NCBI RefSeq assembly: GCF_001194135.2
Contig: NC_069007.1
Span: 20,197,498 to 20,243,221, forward strand
Direction of reading: 5' to 3'
DNA: 45,724 nt
Source: Octopus bimaculoides
Taxonomy: Eukaryota
Shown: positions 34,255 through 45,724 of the stretch, one piece after another
How the letters are laid out: each line of letters opens with the position of its first letter
How positions within the stretch are numbered: position 1 is the first letter of the stretch
The notes under the pieces: generated by a model
Told to the model about the DNA's origin: nothing
Databases searched by the model: none
The model's input: the letters and a program-made list of their open reading frames with translations, nothing else
Translations under genes and position numbers: made by a program

Positions 34255-34487
34255 CTTATTTCTTTATTGCCCACAAGGGGCTAAACATAGAGGGGACAAA
34301 CAAGGACAGAAAAACGGATTAAGTCGATTTACATCAACTCCAGTGCATAACTGGTACTTAATTAATCGACCCCGGAAGGATGAAAGGCAAAGTCGACCTC
34401 GGCGGAATTTGAACTCTGAACGTAACGGCAGACGAAATACCACCAAGTATTTCGCCCGGTGCGCTAACGTTTCTGCCAGCTCGCCGG
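34255..34487 (-). mobile_element. Full-length SINE family B
   Basis: Minus strand reads ggcgagctggcagaaacgttag...GAGTTCAAATTCC gccgaggtcgactttgcctttcatccttccggggtcgat...aagtaccag...gtgggcaataaagaaataag. Confidence 0.9.
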
Positions 34488-34980
34488 CGCATATACATTT
34501 AATCTATTTGAGTATATTTATGTGTGAATGAGTGTTGAGTCCACCAATCCACTTGTACCGTTTAGGAACTTATGTCCTCCATGTTCTTCGTTACTCATTC
34601 ACCTTACCTGCCCCCCCCCACATGTATACATACGCGCGCACGCGGACATACAGATTGTGAGTCATGCGGCTATGAATAAATATATCTTTATTATGATATA
34701 CATGTCTTACATTATGTACATCTATTATGGAAACACTTTGTGCCAGTGCACACAGATCACCCCCCACCCAGACCGACACCTACAAACGCATGTATGTGTG
34801 TACGTGTGTGGTTTGTATTTCTTTTGTTTGTTTGTGTGTGTGTGTGTGTGTGTGTGTGGATTTGAGTTTGAATAAGCAAGGAAAATGGCGGGGAACTGGA
34901 GTGTTACATTGTAAGAGTTCAACAGGTACAATATCATATAGTTTTATACGTGCATATATGCATGTGTCTGTGAGTGGGTA

Positions 34981-35030
<50 letters not shown>

Positions 35031-35036
35031 TGTATG

Positions 35037-35084
<48 letters not shown>

Positions 35085-36180
35085 TATATATATGTATGTA
35101 TATATGTATGTATATACAGATCTATGGCTGAAATGCACATACGCATAGAGATATAGATATAGATGTATACACATATACATACATATATGCCTGCATATCG
35201 TTTATACATATGTATGTATATACATGTGGTGTGTGTGCCTATGTGAGTGTAGGTGTGTGTGTGTGTGTGTGGTCTGTACGTATGTGCGTATGTATGTATG
35301 TATGTATGTATGTATGTATGAAGGTATGGATGTGCGTATACACCAACACACATATACATGCACACAGAAGGAACTAGAGAGGGAGGGAGGAGGGCGAGAG
35401 AGAGAAAGAAGAGGAGAAGTGAGAGATACATTATCATGCCATTCGGTGTAACATTCACCTAAACACATTTCCATTGGACCATCGAGAATGGAACGCTGAA
35501 ATTTCTGTTTGTGTTACTGCTTCACTCCTTAGCCTATGAGAACGACTCACTTCTCAAGCTGCGCCCCCTAGAGGCACCACGCAACACTAATCAATTTCAA
35601 TGAAAGCTAACACAACCAACCGGAACTTAATTACGTTTTTGAGTTGACTTTATTCCCTTTAATGTTTAAAATGTCCCTCTTTTTGTTGGTTATTTCTTGA
35701 AAATATGGGACATTAAAATGGCGACCTAAGTGGAGACATATTTGAATAAGAAAAGTAATTTTGTTTTAATTATATTTCGTCTTATTTTATTCTACTTTTA
35801 ATAATTAGAAAGCGGCCAAGTGTAAAAAAAATGGTAGAATGCCAGATGAAATATTCCACTGTCTTTAAAACCCCCCCTCTCTCTCCCACTCTCACTCACT
35901 CTGATTTTTTTCTGTCTGTCTGCCTCACTCTCTCTTTCTCGCTATGTCTCTTTCTCTCTCTCTGATAAAATGTATTCTAGCTTCGGCCATTCCATATTTT
36001 TTTCAGTCGTAGTGTATCTGGGACTATATTATCCAATGTTTTCCTTCTTTTTTTTTTCCTGACAGGTAGGGTGTAATATGAGCGGAAGCTGTAGAATATA
36101 TCTATATGCATCAATCACTCTATCTATCTATCTATCTATCTAACTATTTGTCGGTCTGTCTTTCTGTCCCGGTGCGTTTT

Positions 36181-36688
36181 CCACTATTCGAAGTAGTGCT
36201 GGAACTCTGGCCAAGTGACTCCTTTTAATGCCTCCATCGTTTTCATCTTCAACTCTTCCGCATCTGCAAATTCCGTAGCGCCAGCGTTTGTCACCAGTGA
36301 TGACCTTCGAAAAAAAGAGTCCGGATCAACTTTCACCTGTTCATTCAGTCCATGACACGCATTCAGTCGTGGCCACTTTTGATCTTCCGTGAGCAAACGA
36401 GGTACAAGTTTTGCTGCAATTCATTTCATTCGCAATTCCTCGCTCAAAGTTCATTGGCAGGAGCTCCAGGACACGCCAGTCATATCAACAAGTTCGTCAA
36501 CGGTCCTCCAAGATCAGTTCATGCATTTTCGTGATGTTTCCATTCGTTCGGGAGGTCAATGGACGCCCTGAACGAGGTTGGTCTTCAGATGACAAGTGAC
36601 CATTCCTAAAGCGTGAAAACCACTCGTAAACTAGGTGTTTTGCTCATGGCAGGGTCCTTGTAAGCTGTTTGAAGCATGACAACTGTTT
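36181..36688 (-). mobile_element. Internally deleted mariner transposase fossil
   Basis: TVVMLQTAYKD..MSK/VYEWFSRF..EDQPRSGRP..., AAKLVPRLLTEDQK, then jumps to FADAEELKMKTMEALKG. The DDD core is absent. Confidence 0.85.
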
Positions 36689-36742
36689 GAAATGATTGAA
36701 ACAAGTAAAAGAGTAAAAGTGACTGACAAGGGGATAATAGTT

Positions 36743-36960
36743 TACTCAGAGAAGCCACCGTTAGTTTCCGCCAAGGCTTCAAGATGACTCCGGATCGTAG
36801 CGCATGCATTCATCTTTGTGTCCTGGAGAAGATCTTCGAACACCTTCATCGTGACGACCAGTTCAGCCTTGGTTTTGCAGGCAGAGCAGTTTGTATCTTT
36901 GTCAACTGCGCCCCACGCAGTAATCTATGGGTTTACTGTCAGAGAAATTCTCCATCAGCA
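36743..36960 (-). mobile_element. maT/Tc1-like transposase C-terminal fossil
   Basis: SDSKPIDYCV/WGAVDKDTN...TKAELV...NACATIRSHLEALAETNGGFSE*, matching the SPDxNPxDY.WG motif region. Confidence 0.7.
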
Positions 36961-37016
36961 ACTTCTGACACTTTCCAGAAAGATCCTGCTGCCACACATA
37001 TGAAATACAAGAAAAG

Positions 37017-37049
<33 letters not shown>

Positions 37050-37605
37050 NNNNNNNNNNNNNNNNNNNNNNNNNNNNNNNNNNNNNNNNNNNNNNNNNNN
37101 NNNNNNNNNNNNNNNNNNNNNNNNNNNNNNNNNNNNNNNNNNNNNNNNNNNNNNNNNNNNNNNNNNNNNNNNNNNNNNNNNNNNNNNNNNNNNNNNNNNN
37201 NNNNNNNNNNNNNNNNNNNNNNNNNNNNNNNNNNNNNNNNNNNNNNNNNNNNNNNNNNNNNNNNNNNNNNNNNNNNNNNNNNNNNNNNNNNNNNNNNNNN
37301 NNNNNNNNNNNNNNNNNNNNNNNNNNNNNNNNNNNNNNNNNNNNNNNNNNNNNNNNNNNNNNNNNNNNNNNNNNNNNNNNNNNNNNNNNNNNNNNNNNNN
37401 NNNNNNNNNNNNNNNNNNNNNNNNNNNNNNNNNNNNNNNNNNNNNNNNNNNNNNNNNNNNNNNNNNNNNNNNNNNNNNNNNNNNNNNNNNNNNNNNNNNN
37501 NNNNNNNNNNNNNNNNNNNNNNNNNNNNNNNNNNNNNNNNNNNNNNNNNNNNNNNNNNNNNNNNNNNNNNNNNNNNNNNNNNNNNNNNNNNNNNNNNNNN
37601 NNNNN

Positions 37606-37815
37606 ATATATGTGTATATCACATGTATATACATCACCGCATATATATATATGTGTGTATATCACATGTATATACATCACCGCATATATATATATGTGTA
37701 TATCACATGTATATACATCACCGCATATATATATATGTGTGTATCACATGTATATACATCACCGCATATATATATATGTGTATATCACATGTATATACAT
37801 CACCGCATATATATA
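37606..37815. repeat. Minisatellite, 41-43-bp unit, 5 visible copies (likely continues into the gap)
   Basis: CACCGC recurs at 37635, 37678, 37719, 37760 and 37801. Confidence 0.9.
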
Positions 37816-37970
37816 TATTTTTATATATATATATATCTATATATATATATACTCATATATATGTGTGTGTGTGTGTTTGTTTGTATGAATGTAAGTGGGT
37901 AGGTAGCTACATGGGTAGATAGGTATATGTCTGTGTTTTCTGGGCGAGTACATAATACATAAATGTGTGG

Positions 37971-38015
<45 letters not shown>

Positions 38016-38064
38016 ATGTACATATATTTGTATTGCGTATGTATGTATGTATGTATGTATAGGG

Positions 38065-38223
38065 CTAGTACCTACATTCGGCACTGAGTGTCATACAAAT
38101 GCCAGAACTGGCCGCCATTGTATTGTACGAAAGGTAGCAGCCACTCAGGACCAGGTACTGGATAGCCTAGGGTTCAAAAGCCCACAGTTCTTCAATGCCC
38201 TGCCACAAAAATGAAGAAATCTG
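38065..38223 (+). mobile_element. CR1/Jockey-like LINE ORF2 3'-end fragment
   Basis: VPTFGTECHTNARTGRHCIV...SLGFKSPQFFNALP. Confidence 0.6.
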
Positions 38224-38712
38224 AATAATGAAGAAATATATATAATTTAGAGAAAAAAACCCACAATTATTTAATTCATCCATGAAAATCCACAATCACA
38301 TAGAGAAAAATTAATAAGTAAATACACTAAAAAGACCTATAATAAAATCAAAAAAGTACAAAATAATAAATGTTAAAATAAATGTTAATATTATTAATAC
38401 GTTTCAAAATATATTAATTTCTAGATGGAATGGGGATATTCTTCAAAGATGAATTCCAAAACAGTGGGGTACCGATTCTAGAAAGTATATGGGTCAGTGT
38501 TGTCTCGTCTGAGAACAATTTCATTCCACTGGACATCGATATCCTTTCATCTGATCTGAAGCCATCTTTCTCTCGCCAGGCACGGATACACTGAATAGGG
38601 CCCTGGGCATCGTCCTTCAGTGTTTGACTAAATCATAAAAACAATTTGTATATGTGTATATATTGCTGCACCCAGTCGTACCTAAGTACGTGCATTCCAT
38701 TTGTGTTTTTCG

Positions 38713-38749
<37 letters not shown>

Positions 38750-38968
38750 CATACACGCACTCACATACACACACGCATGCATGCACACACACATACTTAT
38801 ACATGCATGTATATATATATATATACATATATATATGGATATATACATATGCCTTTTAGGTGTGTTTATTGGGACAATAATAAAAACGAGTGCATTTAAA
38901 CACAAAACTACAATTTCCTCTATCACTCTCTCCCTTTCTCTCTCTATCTCTTTCTTTGTTTCTTTCTT

Positions 38969-39011
<43 letters not shown>

Positions 39012-40415
39012 TGCTGAAAGTCGGATCTTGAAGAAAACAGAAAGAAAGAAAGCAAGAAAGAAAGAAAGAAGACTTCTTTCTGTTAAGGTAATATTTTGAG
39101 TGATGTGTTTGTTATCTTTTTTACCTATATTTATATATGAATGTATATTCATATATACATATATTTGTGTGTCTATATGACTATATATGTACGAATGTCT
39201 ATGTATATATACATATATTTATGCATATGGATGCATACATACATATAAACACACATAAATATACATAAATATATGTATGTTTTTACCAGTTCATATATAT
39301 GAATAGGTACTTATAAATATTTATATACATACATACATATATATATATATTTACCTATACTTATATATGCTTATACACACACACATACACACACATGTAT
39401 ATGTATGTATGTATATGTGTGTGTGAGTATGTATGTATGTATGTATGTATGTATGTGTATGTCGAAATCCCTCCGTGTATAAACAGAGAAACAAACAGGC
39501 GGGCAGGGAAGCAGGATGTTAGTTAAACACCCACTTTAACGTACCCGAAAATGCTTCCAATGACCTGATCTATTTAATCAATCATTCAATAGAAAAACCA
39601 CGGCAACAAGAACAACAACAACAACAACGACGGTGACGACATCGACAATGTGACGACGATGCGAAAAAAACGCCAAAAAAAAAAAAAGAATTCTGAAGTA
39701 TAAAAATATGTGTAAATAAAGATATTCTAAGACAATAAAAGAGAAAATAAATAGAAGCCTAAGTCCGTGCTAGTTGCTTCTTGAATCTTATTGACAAAAC
39801 GGAATGTATCAACTCATTTATAAGTAATGGAGAGAAGAGGAGAGAGAAAGCGGAAAACAGACCCCCTGTTCACACACGTAGACACGAATACACATCTGCA
39901 CAAAGGATTGCAAATGGCTGTGTTTAAGACGTGGCTTTGAAATTATGTGGTTCGGGGGTTTTCATCCCCCAGTCCGTGACTCGTTTGGTCTGTGTCTCCC
40001 TAGTACCGTAGCCTGCAGATGATCAAGAACCTTGGGAATGGAAATTGGTTCGATGAAAATTGGTTGGAACCCGAAGAGTGAAGCTCACACTGTGGGTTTG
40101 CCACATCTTCCGCCATCAATCTATGGAAACAGAAAGAAACCACTAACACACATGCACTTACGCACCCTGGTATTCATACACATACACAGTCACACCTGCA
40201 TAAACACTCACACACACGCAACATCATATTCATACACATACACACGAACACATACACACACTCATTCATACATACACACACACACAGACTCGCACATGCC
40301 CACACACATAAGAATTTAGAAACTTCGAAAGATATAAAATAAATCATTTTTAACGATGGAGCTCGAAGTAGATAAAGCTTCGATTAAAATGTCGAAGACC
40401 CTTGGAGTAGTGCCC

Positions 40416-40553
40416 CTCTTCAAACTGGAGGTAGAAAACAGTTACAGTAAGTTAATTTGTAAACAAAAGAATAATATACACTGTTTTAGTTTTATTACAC
40501 TTTTGTTAAAAAATTAACTGACCGTAACGGTTTTCTACCTCCAGGTTGAAGAG
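40416..40553. repeat. 43-bp imperfect inverted repeat
   Basis: 40416-40458 vs 40511-40553, 4 mismatches. Confidence 0.85.
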
Positions 40554-40609
40554 AGGTTATATGCCCTGCACCATTAGAATCCGAGGATTTGTCTAAAAAG
40601 CCAACCACT

Positions 40610-40740
40610 TTATGAACGGGCTTCTTTCAGTTTCCGCCTACCAAATCCACTAACGCGGCTTTGGTCAGCCCGAGGCTATAGTAGAAGATACTTACTTGCC
40701 CGAGGCGCCACGCAGTGGGACTGAACCCAGAGCACATAGC
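40610..40740 (-). mobile_element. SINE family A, 5' half
   Basis: gggcttctttcagtttccgcctaccaaatccac...cagtgggactgaacc. Confidence 0.8.
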
Positions 40741-41249
40741 AGCCAAATTTCCCTCAAATCGTTATCCGCGCCGTCTTCAAGACAAACAGACAGGAAACTC
40801 ACGTTGGTTAACGTCTTCCATGAAAAACACAATGCAGGGATGTTCACGGTTGGCATACTGTCAGGATTAACCAGCAGCTAAACAACACTAGCAACAACAG
40901 CGTCTGTAACAATTTCTACTCAATATTAACCGCATTAACTATATATAATTATCAATTACCTCTCGGTCTAAAGAGTTCATGTAAAATAAAAATTAAAAAT
41001 AAAAATAAAATATTGTGGGCGCTGTCCCTCCCCTTCATTCCGCAGAACAAAGAAAACAAAAATAACAAGAAAACAAAAGCAGAACAATTATAATGACAGA
41101 GCTTCTAAGTTCATCTGATAGATTTGTTTATGAGAATCTGTCCTGTCACACCCTCCCCCTCTCTCCTTCGCCGTTCTTCTCTCCCGTCCCTCTTATTCTC
41201 ATATAATTTCTTCTCTTTTATTATCTCCTCCTTGTATCCCTCTTCCGTT

Positions 41250-41740
41250 TAACTCCACGTCTCCTTTTCTTTTCGTTACTCTCTCAGTCTCACCCTCTCT
41301 CCCTCTTCTCTCTCTCTCTTGCTCTCCCCCACCCCTCTCACTGCTTCTCACTCCTATGCAATTGCTTCCCTTCTATTACAGCTCCTTTTTATTCCCTTTT
41401 TATTTCAATCCACGTCTCCTTTTTTTCCAATCTCCTTATCTTTCCTTTTACACTCCCATTCTCGTACACACGCTCTTTCCCTCTCCCCCTCTCACTTCTA
41501 CCCACTTCCACACATTTTCTTGCCTTTTATTACCTCCCCCTTTTATTCCTCTCCCATCTAAATCCACGTCTCCTTTTTTCCGTCTCTTTATCCTTCCATC
41601 ACACTCCGATTCTCGCACACACGCTCTTTCCCTTTCCCCCCTCTCACTCTCTCACTTCTTCCCACTTCCACACATTGTCTTGCCTTTTATTACCTCCCCC
41701 TTTTATCCCTCTCCCATCTAGATCCACATCTCTTTTTCCG
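41250..41740. repeat. Pyrimidine-rich tandem repeat, ~155-160-bp unit, ~3 copies
   Basis: tccacgtctcctttt and cacacgctctttccct...cccacttccacacatt blocks recur at that spacing. Confidence 0.75.
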
Positions 41741-42341
41741 TCTCCAAATTTCCTCTCATTCTTTCTCCTTCTCGTTTTATTTTCTTTTTCTTTCTTTCTT
41801 TCACTCTCTCTTCTTCGTACTTCTCTTCACCAATTCCATCGTTTACACGTACCACTTCTCTTCCTTCCTCCTTTTCCCCCGCCACAACAACAACAACAAC
41901 ATGCCATCAAATAAACAAACAACTGCTGCCACAAGCACAACCGATCAAGCTGTCTGTTATTCGCCGTGAATGACAAACTCTATGAAAATCTTAAGTAAAA
42001 AATCCGTCGACCAATTTAACAAAAACTTCGTCCTAAATGTCACCAATCAATGAAAAAACCACAGCGAAGTATTTAACAACTTTGTTTACTGCTAAAACCC
42101 TGACCGAAAGCCTGAGAAAAGAATCTACCACCCCCACGTCCTAGTTCCTTCCACCAGCATTTCGGAACCGATTCATTTTCACACCGAAGCTTGTCTGCCT
42201 GTCTGCCCGTCTGTCTGTCTGTCTGTCTGTCTGTCTGGCTGGCTGTCTGCTTCACGCTTACTTTTAGATGTACACCCACACAAACACATACCTTCGCAAA
42301 CGCCCGCGCGCTCAAATGTGTGTGCATGTGTGTGTGCGTGC

Positions 42342-42372
<31 letters not shown>

Positions 42373-42442
42373 TGAATATAAATATATGTATGTATATATG
42401 TATACACACAGATACGTATATACGTGTATATGTACATATATG

Positions 42443-42481
<39 letters not shown>

Positions 42482-42790
42482 AATGTGTATATATTCACAC
42501 ACATTTACTCGCTTTTTAACTTAAGGATCCCATTAACACCATTGTAGTTGTTCTTCACATTATCATCATCATCATCATTATCATCATCATCATCAGAATT
42601 ATTATTATTCCCACCATTTCCTCTCAATCTCAAGAGAAAATGTCATATCTTCCTCTCTCTCTCTCTCTCTCTCTCTCTGCCTCCCTCTCTCCCTGTCTAT
42701 TTTTCTCTTGTCATTCCCAACAACAAAACAATTCTTTTCAATTCCATTGTTTTCACTTTCCAAAATCCCTCAATGGGAAGGTTTTAAGCA

Positions 42791-42822
<32 letters not shown>

Positions 42823-43170
42823 AGCGGGGCTGTGTGGTAAGAATTTTGCTTCCCAACCAAACGGTTCCGGGTTCAGTCCCACTGCGTGGCACCTTGGGCA
42901 AGTGCCATCTACTGTAATCTTAGGCCGACCAAAACCTTGTGAGTGGATTTGGTAGACGGAAATGTATCTATGTGTATGTGTTTGTCCTCACAGCACCACT
43001 TCACAGCCGCTGTTGGTGTGTTAACGCCCCCACAACTTAGCAGTTCGGCAAAAGGGTTTGACAGAATAAGTATCAGTACTGAGGTCGATTCATTCGATTG
43101 AAAACTCTTCAAGGCGGTGTGCTCCATCAAGGCCGTAGAATGATGATTGAAACAAGTGAAAGATAAAAGA
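42823..43170 (+). mobile_element. Near full-length SINE family A
   Basis: Same head, CORE-like motif and 3' end as 30121-30529. Confidence 0.88.
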
Positions 43171-43189
43171 TTGTTATTGAAGACATCGC

Positions 43190-43440
43190 ACAATATCCAA
43201 TACCGTGAGGTTGTTGTCTTCCGGGGGTTTGCTCTGATTGTCAAGTCACAACAAGGTCCTCAGAACAGACAGTACTTTACGCAATATGCGTGCAGTTCCA
43301 AGGAATGCCGACTTTAGGCAATACACCTAGGGTATTTCTAAGGTTTTCAGATGTTTCTTCAGGTTGGGTGGTATTGAACCCAATGCTCCGATGACAACAG
43401 GGACAACCTTTATGTTTGGCTCTCGTACTTGTCACATCAT
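43190..43440 (-). mobile_element. R4/Dong-like (RLE) LINE 3' end
   Basis: KVVPVVIGALGSIP...KSAFLGTARILRKVLSV, typical of the C-terminal restriction-like endonuclease end. Confidence 0.7.
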
Positions 43441-43746
43441 GGCGTATGATTGCTGCCCCTGTGCCAAAATTTGAAACCATTATTATTATCATTATTATTA
43501 CTAAAATTAAAAGTCTTGTTCACTTCGTCTGCAATTCTTTACTTATTGTAATTGTCAAATTGGTATTAATGACCTTGCTACTGTTGTTGTTGTTGTTCTT
43601 TTTTCTTCTTCTTCCTCCTTCTTTTTCTTCTTCTTGCTGACAATCATAAGTTAAAGCAAGGTGTGGGTACGATTTTATTGCTGTTCGTGGTGGGAAGCGG
43701 TTGTTTAGAGATGGAAATTAGCAGAGCCGATTCTGCGTGTGTATGA

Positions 43747-43796
<50 letters not shown>

Positions 43797-44506
43797 NNNN
43801 NNNNNNNNNNNNNNNNNNNNNNNNNNNNNNNNNNNNNNNNNNNNNNNNNNNNNNNNNNNNNNNNNNNNNNNNNNNNNNNNNNNNNNNNNNNNNNNNNNNN
43901 NNNNNNNNNNNNNNNNNNNNNNNNNNNNNNNNNNNNNNNNNNNNNNNNNNNNNNNNNNNNNNNNNNNNNNNNNNNNNNNNNNNNNNNNNNNNNNNNNNNN
44001 NNNNNNNNNNNNNNNNNNNNNNNNNNNNNNNNNNNNNNNNNNNNNNNNNNNNNNNNNNNNNNNNNNNNNNNNNNNNNNNNNNNNNNNNNNNNNNNNNNNN
44101 NNNNNNNNNNNNNNNNNNNNNNNNNNNNNNNNNNNNNNNNNNNNNNNNNNNNNNNNNNNNNNNNNNNNNNNNNNNNNNNNNNNNNNNNNNNNNNNNNNNN
44201 NNNNNNNNNNNNNNNNNNNNNNNNNNNNNNNNNNNNNNNNNNNNNNNNNNNNNNNNNNNNNNNNNNNNNNNNNNNNNNNNNNNNNNNNNNNNNNNNNNNN
44301 NNNNNNNNNNNNNNNNNNNNNNNNNNNNNNNNNNNNNNNNNNNNNNNNNNNNNNNNNNNNNNNNNNNNNNNNNNNNNNNNNNNNNNNNNNNNNNNNNNNN
44401 NNNNNNNNNNNNNNNNNNNNNNNNNNNNNNNNNNNNNNNNNNNNNNNNNNNNNNNNNNNNNNNNNNNNNNNNNNNNNNNNNNNNNNNNNNNNNNNNNNNN
44501 NNNNNN

Positions 44507-44548
<42 letters not shown>

Positions 44549-45122
44549 GATCGCCTCTGTGAAAGGTGGCATTTAAAGATCATATAAGTGTTTAATTGGT
44601 ACCGTTCACATGGGACATCGAGTACACGAATGGGTATATAAAATACATGTACACTCATATACATACATACATACATACATACATATATGTCTGTGCGCCT
44701 ATGTATGTATGTATGTATGTATACACAAATATATGGGTAAATAGCTTTCAAGTTCTTCCTTAGATATATTAAAAGTGCCATATCTATTTTGTTCAAGACA
44801 ATTTGTGACAAGTAAAGGTTTCGTTATCATTTCTCACCCACTTCTCTGCCCTTCCTAAGCGCAAAATATAATTCACTTTTATTTCTCATCCAATAAATAT
44901 TGGAATATGTCTCTGACTTCTCTTCAGACAAGAGAATTATTTTTTCCAAATTTATTTTCGCTAACTGTTTTTCTTGTAATGGCTGAATTGCTTTTTCTTT
45001 TTTTGAATGGTTCGTCAAAAACATCCTTAAATCTCACACACCTCACTCAGCAGATAATCGTGGCGTTATACATGTATGTATGTATATACATGTATGTATG
45101 TATGTATGTATGTATGTATTCT

Positions 45123-45520
45123 TTTATACTTTTATTTGTTTCAGGCATTTGTCTGCGGCCATTCTGGAGCACCGCCTTAAATCGAACAAATCCACCGCAG
45201 GACTTATTCTTTGTAAGCCTAGTACTTATTCTATCGCTCCTTTTTTGCCGAACTGCTAAGTTACGGGTATGTAAACACGCCAGCATCGATTGTCAAGCGA
45301 TGGTGGCGGGGGACAAACACAGACACACAAACATATACATATATACACTCACACACACATATATACGACAGGCTTCTTTCAGTTTCTGTCTACCAAATCC
45401 ACTCACAGGGCTTGGTCGGCCCGAGGGTATAGTAGAAGAGAAGGTACCACGCAGTGGGACAGAACCAGGAACCAAGTGGTTGGTAAGCAAGCTGCTTACC
45501 ACACAGCCACCCCTGCGCTA
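45123..45520 (-). mobile_element. Full-length SINE family A
   Basis: Reverse complement of the 30121-30529 architecture, including the internal CA/TA tract. Confidence 0.9.
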
Positions 45521-45724
45521 TGTATGTGCATATATTTTTTATTTTTTTAAATTTTTTTATTTCAAAGTTTCAGCTCAGAGCTGCGGCCATGCTGATGCAC
45601 TGTATATATATACATATATATACAGACACATACATGTATGTACATATATATGTATGCATTCATGTTTGTATCTGTGTCTCTCTCTCTCTCACTCACTCTC
45701 GCTCTCTCTCTCTCTCTCTCTCTC

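Overview
Eukaryotic, AT-rich, gap-ridden and microsatellite-rich genomic DNA. The SINE and MITE families suggest an octopus (coleoid cephalopod) draft assembly; this is inference, not a database result. One protein-coding gene can be fully reconstructed on the + strand: 7 coding exons from 14059 to 21115, all introns GT-AG with consistent phases, 2577 nt = 858 aa + stop. It encodes N-terminal ankyrin repeats, a Ser/Asn-rich linker, a coiled coil and a kinase domain that resembles PINK1 motif by motif (LILKMLLN, ECLP, HRNII, TLFLILHEYPTTL, HRDIKADN, ADFG, WAPE) but has no mitochondrial targeting or transmembrane region. The rest is transposon debris: several tRNA-derived SINE families, piggyBac-, Tc1/mariner- and hAT-type MITEs, five Tc1/mariner transposase fossils, and Penelope, RTE, CR1-like and R4-like LINE fragments. 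At least two dispersed repeat families carry minimal type-I hammerhead-ribozyme motifs with a palindromic stem III, and one of them has a tRNA-like Pol III head. A few weak candidate exons of neighbouring minus-strand genes were seen. No CRISPR array, rRNA gene or bona fide tRNA gene was found. Most ORFs in the supplied track are artefacts of (TA)n/(CA)n repeats or N gaps.
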